From Candidatus Micrarchaeota archaeon (GTDB lineage: Archaea; Micrarchaeota; Micrarchaeia; Anstonellales; Bilamarchaeaceae): DNA of 64,000 nucleotides. The stretch is from assembly GCA_018812625.1 (NCBI GenBank), contig JAHJDH010000025.1, forward strand, positions 13,726 through 77,725, in the 5' to 3' direction. Numbering within the stretch: position 1 is the first letter of the stretch; each line of letters opens with the position of its first letter. This document shows, piece after piece, positions 9,064-18,446 of the stretch. Below the pieces are notes generated by a model, which was not told where the DNA came from, ran no database searches, and worked only from the letters and a program-made list of their open reading frames with translations. Both the position numbers and the translations under genes were made by a program.

Positions 9064-10455
9064 ATGGTTGTAAATTTTGTCAATACTTATTCTGACGAAA
9101 AGGGAGAAGAATGTGGAGTACTTGCTATCTACTCTAAAACAGGAAAAAATGTCGCTCCTCTCCTATACCGTGCACTAATCGCATTGCAGCATAGAGGACA
9201 GGATGCTGCAGGATTTGCTGTTCATGATGGAAAAGGGATTCAAATAAGAAGAGGGGTTGGCCTGGTTGACCAAGTATTTGAGCCTGGAGACCTGGCACTT
9301 GAAGGGGATTTGGGAATTGGACATACCAGATATCCAACGATAGGTAAATGTAGAATGTGTGATGTCCAACCCTCAATTAAGGATAATATTGCAACTGCAC
9401 ATAATGGACATGTTGCAAATTACGAGGTTGTGAAAAAAGATCTTGAAGAAAAGGGGTATGTATTTTCAAGTACTGTTGATTCAGAGCCGATTCTTTATGT
9501 TTTGCATAATTTGAAGGATGCAGAACTTGGTGCAAAGCATGTGATGGAAAACTTCGAAGGATCTTTTTCTGACGTCGTGATTATGGATGATAAGTTATAT
9601 GTTTTCAGAGACCCGCATGCAATAAGGCCGTTGGTATGGGGAGAGAATGAAGACTTCATATGTTTTGCATCTGAAACAGTCGCGCTTGATGTGAACAACA
9701 TCCCGTATAAGGGAGATGTAAATGGTGGAGAATTTATCACAGTAGAAAAGGGGAATATAGTTTCAAGAAAGCAACTAGTTGAAAAGGAAAAGAAACATTG
9801 TGTGTTCGAGTATGTGTATTTTTCAAGACCAGATTCCATAATTAACGGAGTAGAAGTTTATCAGGCTAGAACAAGACTTGGAGAAGTTTTAGCACAAGAA
9901 TCCCCAGTTGAAGCAGATGTTGTTGTTCCAGTTCCAGATACATCTAGAACTGCGGCAGCGAGCTTTGCAAGAAGTTTGGGAATTCCTTATGAAGAGGGAT
10001 TGATAAAAAACAGATACATAGGAAGAACATTTATCATGCCAAGTCAGGAACAACGAATCAATGCCGTGAAATTAAAACTCAACCCACTCAAATCAGTAAT
10101 TAATGGAAAATCAGTTGTTTTGATTGATGATAGTATTGTGCGTGGAACTACATTGAAGGAGATTGTAAGGCTTGTTCGAAAATCGGGTGCAAAAGAAGTG
10201 CACCTAAGAATTACTTGCCCCCCTGTAAAGGCCCCATGTTTCTATGGAGTGGATATGCCAACTTACAAAGAATTAATCGCCAATAATAAAACAGTTGAGC
10301 AAATCAAAGAATATCTTGATGCTGACAGCCTAAATTATATTTCGATTGATGGATTGAAAAGGGCAGTTGGAATTCCTATTTGTGATGGTTGTTTAAGTGA
10401 AGAATACCATTCAGATTACGTAAGAAACCTTGCAAAAGAAGAAAAATTAAAGTGA
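9064..10455 (+). CDS. purF: amidophosphoribosyltransferase
   Basis: EE-CG N-terminal nucleophile after a propeptide, LQHRGQDAAG, GHTRY, HNG, FEYVYFSRPDS, DDSIVRGTT, Fe-S cysteines. Confidence 0.97.
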   Translation: MVVNFVNTYSDEKGEECGVLAIYSKTGKNVAPLLYRALIALQHRGQDAAGFAVHDGKGIQIRRGVGLVDQVFEPGDLALEGDLGIGHTRYPTIGKCRMCDVQPSIKDNIATAHNGHVANYEVVKKDLEEKGYVFSSTVDSEPILYVLHNLKDAELGAKHVMENFEGSFSDVVIMDDKLYVFRDPHAIRPLVWGENEDFICFASETVALDVNNIPYKGDVNGGEFITVEKGNIVSRKQLVEKEKKHCVFEYVYFSRPDSIINGVEVYQARTRLGEVLAQESPVEADVVVPVPDTSRTAAASFARSLGIPYEEGLIKNRYIGRTFIMPSQEQRINAVKLKLNPLKSVINGKSVVLIDDSIVRGTTLKEIVRLVRKSGAKEVHLRITCPPVKAPCFYGVDMPTYKELIANNKTVEQIKEYLDADSLNYISIDGLKRAVGIPICDGCLSEEYHSDYVRNLAKEEKLK

Positions 10456-10460
10456 TACTT

Positions 10461-12041
10461 ATGGTTGTTGTTGAATTTAGTTATGAAGAAATGAAAAAAT
10501 TAGTAGACTTGCCTCTTGAAGATATGGTAGAGGGTTTGAGTAGTTTGGGAGCTCCTTGTGAATATGAAAAGAACACAAAAAAGATACTCGCAGAGCTTAC
10601 ACCAAACAGGCCGGATTGGTATTCCATGGAAGGTTTATCCAGAGCGCTTAAAGCATATTACAAAAACGAGCATCCAAACTACACTGCAAAAAAATCAGAT
10701 TATAAGGTAATAGTAGACAAATCCGTGTCAAAAGTTAGGCCATATACTGTTTGTGCAGTAGCTAAGGGAATTAAATTCAATGATCAGAGAATCCGGGATG
10801 TTGTGCTACTCCAGGAGAAACTGCTAGGAACTCTGGGAAGACGAGTGAAGAGATTTGGGATTGGAGTATATCCACTTCATGCTATCAGTTTCCCAGTTAA
10901 ATACACGACAATGAAGCCAGAAGAAATAAGATATGTCCCTCTTGGACACGAAGAAGAAATGAGTGCAGATATGATTTTAGAGGAACATAAAAAAGGAAAA
11001 CAATATGGCCATCTGATTAAGGATTTTGAAAGATATCCAGTATTTGTTGATGCTGAAAAAAAGATAATGTGTCTTATTCCAATAGTAAATTCTGCTGAAA
11101 CTGGAAAGGTTGATGAGAAAACAAAGGATCTTTTTGTCGAAGTAACTGGAAATGATATTCATTCATGCAAAGCAGCATTGAATATTTTGGTTTGTACATT
11201 TGCAGATATGGGAGGAGAGATTCAGGAAGTAACGATGGAATATGAAAAAGAAACATTCAGAACTCCGGATCTTAGTGAAAGAAGAATGAAACTAGAGCTT
11301 CCTGAAGTTACTAAAATACTCGGCCTTGAATTAAAGGAAAAAGAGGCAAAAAAATTATTGGAAAGAATGGGATATAAGTATGAAAAAGGAGATGTTGTTG
11401 TCCCACCATATCGTGCAGATATTCTAGGTAATATTGATATTATAGAGGACATTGCCATTGCTTATGGGTATAATAATTTTGAAAAAACACTTCCGGATTT
11501 CTTTTCCCCAGGTGAGAGGATTGAACCGTTTGAGCAGGGAGACCAAATAATGCGTGGAATGGGTTTTGTTGAGCTTAGTACATTCATTTTAACAAATAAA
11601 GAAAAACTTGCAGTGGTGGGTTATGATAAGGATGTAGTGGAAATATCAAACCCCAACTCAGTGGAGTTTACAGTAGTAAGACCAACGCTTATTGCAGACA
11701 TGTTAGACACGTTCTCAACTAATAAAATGAAGGGACTGCCTCAAAGATTCTATGAATATGGTATTGTCCAAGAAAAAGAAACTAAGAAAAAACTAGTTTT
11801 TGGTGTTATGGATAAAACAGTAAAATTTTCTGATGTTCGTGGTTGTTTGCAAACATTGGGACGTGAGCTTGGGCTTGAAATTTCATTAGAAAAATTCAAA
11901 GGAAAATTGTTTGAAGAAGAAATTTCGTGTAAGGTTCTAAGCAAAGGAAGGGAGATCGGAGTTTTTGGCAAGGTAAAGGCTAGTGTTCTTGAAAAGTTTG
12001 GCCTTGGGTTTGATACCTATGTTTGTGAAATAGAGATCTGA
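10461..12041 (+). CDS. pheT: phenylalanine--tRNA ligase beta subunit (archaeal type)
   Basis: TPNRPD, VRPY..CAV, QEKL, PPYRADI...DIIEDIAIAYGY. Confidence 0.95.
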   Translation: MVVVEFSYEEMKKLVDLPLEDMVEGLSSLGAPCEYEKNTKKILAELTPNRPDWYSMEGLSRALKAYYKNEHPNYTAKKSDYKVIVDKSVSKVRPYTVCAVAKGIKFNDQRIRDVVLLQEKLLGTLGRRVKRFGIGVYPLHAISFPVKYTTMKPEEIRYVPLGHEEEMSADMILEEHKKGKQYGHLIKDFERYPVFVDAEKKIMCLIPIVNSAETGKVDEKTKDLFVEVTGNDIHSCKAALNILVCTFADMGGEIQEVTMEYEKETFRTPDLSERRMKLELPEVTKILGLELKEKEAKKLLERMGYKYEKGDVVVPPYRADILGNIDIIEDIAIAYGYNNFEKTLPDFFSPGERIEPFEQGDQIMRGMGFVELSTFILTNKEKLAVVGYDKDVVEISNPNSVEFTVVRPTLIADMLDTFSTNKMKGLPQRFYEYGIVQEKETKKKLVFGVMDKTVKFSDVRGCLQTLGRELGLEISLEKFKGKLFEEEISCKVLSKGREIGVFGKVKASVLEKFGLGFDTYVCEIEI

Positions 12042-12107
12042 TAGCTAGATAGACATTTCAAAATTAATGTTTATTAAAACTAATTGGCTCTGGATATACG
12101 GATGTGA

Positions 12108-12533
12108 ATGGTTAGTAAAAAAACACAAATAAAATATTGTGTATCTGATGCGTTGTTGCTAGCTTCCATAGAGCGTGCTGGAGAGAAAAATGGAGTTAGT
12201 ATCATAGGTATAATCGCCATAGGGGACTACATCAACCATAGCATATTCACTGAGAAGGAGTTAGAGGAGGGATTGTGGAGATTGACTGAAGGAGGATGGA
12301 TTGTGGAGGCTGGTGAGCGATTTAAGGTGAGCAAAAAGTTCAAGGATCAGAAAATACAGTATATCTCTCCAACAGGTCGTCATTCGGTCAGGAAGTTGTG
12401 CCCACAGGTCAGGAGATTGTTGGAAGTTGATTTAAGTTGTAAAAAAGGCAGTCCTTCTGGTAACTTAAAATATCCGAATTTTACATCTGAAAAGTTTATT
12501 AAAGCAGTAAAGAAATACCAAAGTGAGTTTTGA
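12108..12533 (+). CDS. hypothetical protein (possible winged helix)
   Basis: 141-aa ORF; GDYINH.I.T..EL..GL.RL..GWI pattern suggests a wHTH. Confidence 0.6.
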   Translation: MVSKKTQIKYCVSDALLLASIERAGEKNGVSIIGIIAIGDYINHSIFTEKELEEGLWRLTEGGWIVEAGERFKVSKKFKDQKIQYISPTGRHSVRKLCPQVRRLLEVDLSCKKGSPSGNLKYPNFTSEKFIKAVKKYQSEF

Positions 12534-12562
12534 AAGAAGAATAGACAGACCCCACAGTTCCA

Positions 12563-12808
12563 CTATTCAAGCTCTTCAACAGATTCTGTGAGCACTTTGT
12601 ACACTTCAATGGATTTTCCAAAGCGTTTGAAGAAGGAATCCATAATTTTCTCCAGTTTTGTTGGAACCATCAAAGTAGATTTGGTTTTCCAATATTCTTT
12701 TTTTAGCGGTAGTTTATGCAAATGGTAGTAAAAACGTCTTTTTGTTCTGTTGAACTTTTTCTTATTTATTGCTTTAATATCGTAAAAATACAAAATAAAC
12801 ATATACAT
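12563..12808 (-). CDS. orphan Cas2/VapD-like small ferredoxin-fold protein
   Basis: N-terminal ILYFYDI strand (Cas2 YDI motif), basic helix, TKSTLMVP (Cas2 QxSV-like), 81 aa. Confidence 0.65.
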   Translation of the reverse strand: MYMFILYFYDIKAINKKKFNRTKRRFYYHLHKLPLKKEYWKTKSTLMVPTKLEKIMDSFFKRFGKSIEVYKVLTESVEELE

Positions 12809-12822
12809 CCCTATACTATTAC

Positions 12823-12842
12823 TATGTAACTATAGTTACATA
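12823..12842. promoter_or_regulatory. perfect 20-bp palindrome TATGTAACTATAGTTACATA (putative operator)
   Basis: Exact self-complementary sequence 14 nt upstream of the Cas2-like start codon. Confidence 0.75.
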
Positions 12843-12904
12843 AAAATAAAAACAAACAACATAACTTCTAATAGTGGAAGTGTGGTCCCCCACACCCTAC
12901 AGAA

Positions 12905-14296
12905 TTATTCTTTTTTCAATTTTTCATAATATTCAGAATAAGTCACGAGTCTCTTTATTGCCCGCACAGCTGCTTTTGGTGAGTTATAGCTAGGAACTCC
13001 ATTGCTTTCTAGTATTTTTCTATATGCTTCAGTATATGTCCCACCAATAGAAATGGTGGCAATTGGTTTTCTTCTATCATCTGAAGCCTTTGTTAACACA
13101 TGAATTATCCGCTCATCAACTGGGGGTGTTTGCATCAACACTATTATCAATAAAATATCAATTTCATCTCCAGCCATGAAAATATCTATTGCTTTTTTGT
13201 ATGCATCAACTCCAGAATCAGCTACTAAATCAAGGGGGTTCCCAACATTTCCATAAGAAGGCAAAATCTCCGAAATCTTCTTCTTAGTATCTTCGGAAAA
13301 GTCAGCTAATTTCAAATCCATTTGTTCAACAGCATCCGCTGTAATAATTCCAAGACCCCCTCCATTGGTGATTATACCAACTCGGTTGTTTTTTGGCCTT
13401 GGTTGATTGAAAATTTTAACTATATCAAATAATTCATTGATTCCATCTGCTTCCACAACTTTTGCTTGTTTGAATGCAGCATTATATGCAGTGTAGCTGC
13501 CCGCAATGTTTCCTGTGTGTGATTTGGCAGCTGCAGCTCCTCCTGCTCCCTTTCCACCTTTCAAAACAATTATTGGTTTTTTCTTATTCACCCTCTTCAT
13601 TACTTCAAGAAGCCGTTTTCCATCCTTTACTCCTTCGATATAAAGTAGGATGACCTCTGTATCATCATCCTCTCCTAAATATTCTAAATAATCACACTCG
13701 TCCAGCACTGTGGCATTTCCATAAGATATGAATTTTGCAATTCCAACCCCATAATAGGCAGCAAGATCAAGTACTGCAGAACCTACCGCTCCACTTTGAG
13801 AAACAAACGAAATTTCTCCTGCTTTGGGTCTTTCTAATTTATACATTGGCAAGAACATACTGTCTGTTTTGGTATATGGGTTAAAGACACCTAGGCAGTT
13901 TGGGCCTATAATTGGTGTGTTGTTCTTTAGCGCAACTTCTCTAATATATTTAGCAATATCATTCTCTCCGATTTCCTCAAAACCACTCGTAACAATTACA
14001 ATCCCGCCAACTTTCTTTTTGATGCACTCATCCAATATCGACGCTACTGTCTTAGAAGGCGTTGCAATAATCGCACAGTCAACATTCCCCTTAACCTTTC
14101 CAATATCAGAATAGCACGGAACACCCAAAATTTTCTTATATTTCGGGTTTATTAAATAAATCTCGCCTCGGAATTTTCCATCAATAAAATTCTTTGAAAT
14201 TACATTTCCTACTTTATTTGTTGTGGGCGTTGCTCCAATTATCGCAACTGATTTCGGATAAAAAATTTTATCGAGATTTTGAATTATTTTTTTCAT
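12905..14296 (-). CDS. acdA: ADP-forming acetate/acyl-CoA ligase, alpha subunit
   Basis: PKSVAIIGAT CoA-binding domain, IGPNCLG, SQSGA, SHTG phospho-His, TNGGG, NPLDL. Confidence 0.93.
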   Translation of the reverse strand: MKKIIQNLDKIFYPKSVAIIGATPTTNKVGNVISKNFIDGKFRGEIYLINPKYKKILGVPCYSDIGKVKGNVDCAIIATPSKTVASILDECIKKKVGGIVIVTSGFEEIGENDIAKYIREVALKNNTPIIGPNCLGVFNPYTKTDSMFLPMYKLERPKAGEISFVSQSGAVGSAVLDLAAYYGVGIAKFISYGNATVLDECDYLEYLGEDDDTEVILLYIEGVKDGKRLLEVMKRVNKKKPIIVLKGGKGAGGAAAAKSHTGNIAGSYTAYNAAFKQAKVVEADGINELFDIVKIFNQPRPKNNRVGIITNGGGLGIITADAVEQMDLKLADFSEDTKKKISEILPSYGNVGNPLDLVADSGVDAYKKAIDIFMAGDEIDILLIIVLMQTPPVDERIIHVLTKASDDRRKPIATISIGGTYTEAYRKILESNGVPSYNSPKAAVRAIKRLVTYSEYYEKLKKE

Positions 14297-14300
14297 AGTA

Positions 14301-14924
14301 TCACCTGCTAAACCTCGCATCTACAATATCACAACCCCGATCATCACAAACAACTGGGTTAAGATCCAGTTCTCCCAGGTTTTCCTTTTCCATAAATGAG
14401 CATGTCTTAATTACAAGTTCAATAATGGCTTTTTTGTTGATTGGTTTTCTTCCTCGTGCACCATCTATTATTGGATGGCTTTTAAGCTCTGAGATCATTT
14501 CCTGAATTTCATTTTGACCAAGAGGACAAATCCTTGCACTAACATCCTTGAAAATCTCAACATATATCCCCCCAAGCCCTAGAACAATCATATGCCCAAA
14601 CTGCGGGTCTCTTTTTCCACCCACAATAAGTTCAACGCCTTTTCTTGCCATTTTCTGAACTAAAATTCCATCAACTTTTTTTCCTTTGGTGTTTTTCATG
14701 ATATCTTGGTAGCTGTGGCGAAGAATATCTTCATTGGATATTCCAACTTTGACCCCACCTACATCTGTCTTGTGTTCTATCTCTGAGGAAACAACCTTCA
14801 ATACAACTGGGTATTTGATTTTTTTTGCAGCTGCCACTGCTTCTTTTTCATTTTTTGCTAAAAAATAGGGCAATAATTCAAAACCATTTTTCTCAAGTAT
14901 TCTAAAATCATCAACAATTGTCAT
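14301..14924 (-). CDS. acdB: ADP-forming acetate/acyl-CoA ligase, beta subunit (ATP-grasp)
   Basis: YPVVLK, HKTDVGGV, DPQFG, GLGGIYVE, ELDLNPV, VDAR. Confidence 0.93.
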   Translation of the reverse strand: MTIVDDFRILEKNGFELLPYFLAKNEKEAVAAAKKIKYPVVLKVVSSEIEHKTDVGGVKVGISNEDILRHSYQDIMKNTKGKKVDGILVQKMARKGVELIVGGKRDPQFGHMIVLGLGGIYVEIFKDVSARICPLGQNEIQEMISELKSHPIIDGARGRKPINKKAIIELVIKTCSFMEKENLGELDLNPVVCDDRGCDIVDARFSR

Positions 14925-14930
14925 GCAAGG

Positions 14931-14969
14931 TACTATGCTTCTGCATATTTATTCTTAATGCTCATTGGG
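14931..14969 (+). repeat. 39-bp direct repeat, copy 1 (upstream of acdB)
   Basis: TACTATGCTTCTGCATATTTATTCTTAATGCTCATTGGG, identical to 16564-16602. Confidence 0.9.
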
Positions 14970-14988
14970 AAGCGTCAACAACTATTAA

Positions 14989-15405
14989 TTAAAACTCTGA
15001 ACTGGCCCGCTTACTTGTTGTCATGGCCTTTAAAGCGAGTCTATTATCACTACATTCAAGTATCAAATATGCCTGTGATAATGATATGTCCGCAAGAACT
15101 GCATGTCTTATAGATATATTCTTATCTCTAATATCCCTTGAGATGTCTGCTATTGCGCCTATTTTATTATCAAGAGTTATCATTAGAACTTCTTCGTCTT
15201 TTGCTTGAATATTTAACTTATCAAAGGCATTTCGAGCTTTTTTCAGGTCATTCTTTGGGAGGAGTATGAATGCTCTTTTTCCACAATTAATCGGAGGAAG
15301 TATCATTACGCGCAGTCCTATTGTATCAAGTAATCTATAGATCTCAGCCACTCTCGTATATGTAGAATTGAAAAATGATAATTTTATCAGTATTTTATTT
15401 TCCAT
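14989..15405 (-). CDS. tandem ACT-domain protein (COG4747-like)
   Basis: EVLMITLDNKIGAIADIS..I..KNISI ACT signature in the second repeat. Confidence 0.7.
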   Translation of the reverse strand: MENKILIKLSFFNSTYTRVAEIYRLLDTIGLRVMILPPINCGKRAFILLPKNDLKKARNAFDKLNIQAKDEEVLMITLDNKIGAIADISRDIRDKNISIRHAVLADISLSQAYLILECSDNRLALKAMTTSKRASSEF

Positions 15406-15524
15406 AAATCTAACCCGCAAAATTGTTCCAGGTAAAACCTTGACAAAACTGTTATTTAAATATTTTATATGGATTTTTTGACAAATGCATAATAATTAAA
15501 AGAATAATAAGCGATAGTAAGAAA

Positions 15525-16496
15525 ATGGAGAAAATTGATAAGAAAGATAGGATCCTACTTTATGAACTTTCAAAAAATTGCCGTCAAAGTTATGGTGTTC
15601 TTGCAAAGAAGGCGAGTATCTCCAAACAAATGGCTCACTATAGAATAAAACGCCTTATCAGATTAAAGGTTCTCAGGGATACGATCCTTACAGTTGATGT
15701 TGGAAAATTGGGTTATCAGAATTATGTAGTTTATTTTCAATGGGGCAATCGTCAGCTAGAAAAAGAATTTATTAATGAAATTCTAAACCATCACTCAGTT
15801 AGATATGCCGCTGGTGGGTCCGGAAAGATCAACTTCGTCGTAACATTCAATGCAAAGAACCCTATGGAGTTCCAAAAGATGTGGGACGATATCCTCTCTA
15901 AATATGAAGGAGTAATTAGGGTATGCTCTATTCAAGTTATTACAGAATACCATGGTTTTGAGAGCAGCTCGATTATTGGAAAGCAAAATACTGAAAATAC
16001 TGGGCCCTACTTAATCAGTGGCGAGACCCGGGTCAGGATTGATGATTATGATAAAAAAATCTTAATGGTCCTAACCGAAGATGCAAGGGCCTCTCTTCTT
16101 TCTATTGCTAGCAGTACTGTGTTGTCCCCAGATACAGTAAAAAACAGAATCAAACGAATGGAGACTGAAGGTCTGATCCAGGGGTATGGGTGGTTATATG
16201 ATCTCAAAGCTGTTGGTTTGAGGTGGTACGAAATACCTCTTTCACTAATTAATATGACCGGGCAAACCTGGAGGTCTTTGTATAACTATTGTAGAAGTAA
16301 TCTCAATATTGTTCTTTTTGTCAGGTCCATCGGTAAATTTGAAATTATGATCTTGTTCGAGGTGAAGGATGATGCTGAGTTTGATGTAGAGCTAACCAAA
16401 CTCTTTAATTTATACTCAAAAAATATCCGGGATTTTGAAATAATGAAGGTTGATGAGATATACAAATTTCGCTTTCTTCATGATCCTAATTTTTAG
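15525..16496 (+). CDS. tandem-duplicated Lrp/AsnC family transcriptional regulator
   Basis: Two HTH-RAM units (IDKKDRILLYELSKNCRQS...; IDDYDKKILMVLTEDARAS...RIKRME.EGLI). Confidence 0.9.
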   Translation: MEKIDKKDRILLYELSKNCRQSYGVLAKKASISKQMAHYRIKRLIRLKVLRDTILTVDVGKLGYQNYVVYFQWGNRQLEKEFINEILNHHSVRYAAGGSGKINFVVTFNAKNPMEFQKMWDDILSKYEGVIRVCSIQVITEYHGFESSSIIGKQNTENTGPYLISGETRVRIDDYDKKILMVLTEDARASLLSIASSTVLSPDTVKNRIKRMETEGLIQGYGWLYDLKAVGLRWYEIPLSLINMTGQTWRSLYNYCRSNLNIVLFVRSIGKFEIMILFEVKDDAEFDVELTKLFNLYSKNIRDFEIMKVDEIYKFRFLHDPNF

Positions 16497-16563
16497 CTGC
16501 ATCTTCAACGAAATTTTCACATTTCCTATCCAGGTAGAATGATGGGATACTTTCTCTATCTCA

Positions 16564-16602
16564 TACTATGCTTCTGCATATTTATTCTTAATGCTCATTG
16601 GG
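16564..16602 (+). repeat. 39-bp direct repeat, copy 2 (3' end of the HD-domain gene)
   Basis: Identical to 14931-14969; encodes PMSIKNKYAEA-stop on the minus strand. Confidence 0.9.
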
Positions 16603-17678
16603 GAGACATCCAAAAGTGTTGGAAATCCATATGTTTCTGAAAGTATTGCAACTTTCTCTTCAGTCTCAAGTACCTTTACCATGTCCCATTTTTTTGCAAG
16701 CTCTTCAAAACCAACACTTGTTTCTACTGCTCCAACATAATCCCGCATTCCCATGTAGCTTGATATTCGTAGCTGGCCTCCTGGGTGCACAAACGAATCT
16801 ATTGTAGCTCGTGCCTCTGAAGCACTTATGTTATGTGTTCCTGTGATGAAGCACTGAACTGTAAGTGGGTCGAGCTCCATTCCAGAAACTGCCATTGCAT
16901 ATGCTGCAGCAGTTCTAAATGACGTTATCCAGTTGGTTTCTCTATAATGCCTTGGAAGAACTGCTGAAATAAAATCTGCTGTCTTTGCAATCCTTGCATG
17001 AAGGGGCAAGTTCATTCCTTTAATCAACACCGGATAGCTTGGAACAAAACTATCCTTCCCATTAAACATCACATGGTGCAATCCGACCATATCCAGGAGT
17101 GTTCTAACCTGCTCATCGCCATCAAACAACCTTACGAATCTGGTTCCAGCAGAAATATGTTCGTCTCTGAGTATCCTTCTTTCTATATCATTCATTTTGC
17201 TTCCTTCAAATAATCGTACAAAAAACAAGTCTATTCCAAGTTCTTTTACTATCAATGCCATTGGAAGAAATGTTTTTCCCATATCATGGATCATCCCACC
17301 AACAAAACAAAGATCTGGATCCAAATCCTCTGCTTCTGGGAGGTTTTGTTTTTTTGCTTCACTTGCAATCAAGTATGCTATAAATGCTACTTCGACACTA
17401 TGTCTTCTAGTATATCTCCACAGTTCATTTTCGCCTTCTCTCTCAGATAGCCTGCTGGCAGAAGCCTTTATGAGCTCAGATATTCCTTTCCTTCCATCTC
17501 CACGTTCCTCCATCTCAGATATTCCTTTCCTTCCATCTCCACGTTCCTCCATAATTCTTCGAACAACGTGTGATCGTGTAAGGCCTTCTAATGCTGGTTC
17601 AGACTTGGCAAATGCCCTAAACAATAGTGTTTGTAATGTTCTTGCACGTGCATGATTTTTGTAATCTAGACTGGGCAT
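16566..17678 (-). CDS. HD-GYP-like metal-dependent phosphohydrolase
   Basis: RHS, IHDMGK, EH, LHH...SYP, ARIAKTADF..A, PRHYR motifs. Confidence 0.8.
   Translation of the reverse strand: MPSLDYKNHARARTLQTLLFRAFAKSEPALEGLTRSHVVRRIMEERGDGRKGISEMEERGDGRKGISELIKASASRLSEREGENELWRYTRRHSVEVAFIAYLIASEAKKQNLPEAEDLDPDLCFVGGMIHDMGKTFLPMALIVKELGIDLFFVRLFEGSKMNDIERRILRDEHISAGTRFVRLFDGDEQVRTLLDMVGLHHVMFNGKDSFVPSYPVLIKGMNLPLHARIAKTADFISAVLPRHYRETNWITSFRTAAAYAMAVSGMELDPLTVQCFITGTHNISASEARATIDSFVHPGGQLRISSYMGMRDYVGAVETSVGFEELAKKWDMVKVLETEEKVAILSETYGFPTLLDVSPMSIKNKYAEA
17475..17552 (+). repeat. perfect in-frame 39-bp tandem duplication inside the HD gene
   Basis: CTCAGATATTCCTTTCCTTCCATCTCCACGTTCCTCCAT twice (protein MEERGDGRKGISE twice). 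Confidence 0.95.
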
Positions 17679-17734
17679 GGGGTTAATAGTGTAAAAGAAT
17701 AATAATTTAAACAATTCTGTGGTTTTTTCCACAT

Positions 17735-18268
17735 ATGCCGATATATACCAAGTTTGGTGACAAAGGAACAACTTCTCTTATTGGCTCAGGTACAGTCCCA
17801 AAAGATCATCCTCGTGTTGAAGCATATGGGAGTATTGATGAACTTAATTCTGTTCTTGGAATTGTAATTGCGTTTAGTGAAACAAAATCCATTACTGATT
17901 CTCTCAAAAAAATCCAAAAAGATTTATTCATAATTGGCACTGAGCTTGCTTCAAAAAAACCTCCAACAAAAACCATCAGCCCAGCACGTGTTGGTGAGCT
18001 GGAGCAGGAAATCGACGAACTTGAATCCAACCTACCTCCTCTAAATCACTTCATTCTTCCAGGTGGAAGTAAAACTGCATCTCTTCTTCATCATGCGAGA
18101 ACTGTTTGCCGTAGAGCCGAGAGAAACGTCGTCTCAATTTCACAAAAAGAAAAAATCAATTCAAGTTCTATCAGTTATCTTAACCGTGTTGGCGATCTTC
18201 TTTTCGTGTTGGCACGTACTGTAAATTACAAAAAGAAAGTCGATGAGGTTCTTTGGAAGGGCCATTGA
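17735..18268 (+). CDS. ATP:cob(I)alamin adenosyltransferase (PduO type)
   Basis: IYTKFGDKGTT, AYGSIDELNS, FILPGG, ARTVCRRAER, YLNR..DLLF. Confidence 0.95.
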   Translation: MPIYTKFGDKGTTSLIGSGTVPKDHPRVEAYGSIDELNSVLGIVIAFSETKSITDSLKKIQKDLFIIGTELASKKPPTKTISPARVGELEQEIDELESNLPPLNHFILPGGSKTASLLHHARTVCRRAERNVVSISQKEKINSSSISYLNRVGDLLFVLARTVNYKKKVDEVLWKGH

Positions 18269-18446
18269 AATCAAATTCCGTCGGAAAAACTGTTTATATA
18301 TGTTTCTGTACATCTATATTCAGGTATGGTGGGTGAAAATTCTAACGTGTTCTATTTGCCTAAATCTACTGTTATCCCTCCAATTCAAAAAAACAAATCC
18401 ATTTCTACATCTAAAATGCGCTTATTGATACTATGAGGAAAACTAT

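Larger units (their letters stand above)
12552..12885. repeat. 16-bp inverted repeats bracketing the Cas2-like gene
   Basis: CCACAGTTCCACTATT (12552-12567) and AATAGTGGAAGTGTGG (12870-12885) are 15/16 reverse-complementary. Confidence 0.75.

Noticed and set aside
12042-12904. CRISPR-Cas locus around the Cas2-like gene
   Set aside because: No repeat-spacer array and no cas1 or other cas genes seen anywhere in the window.
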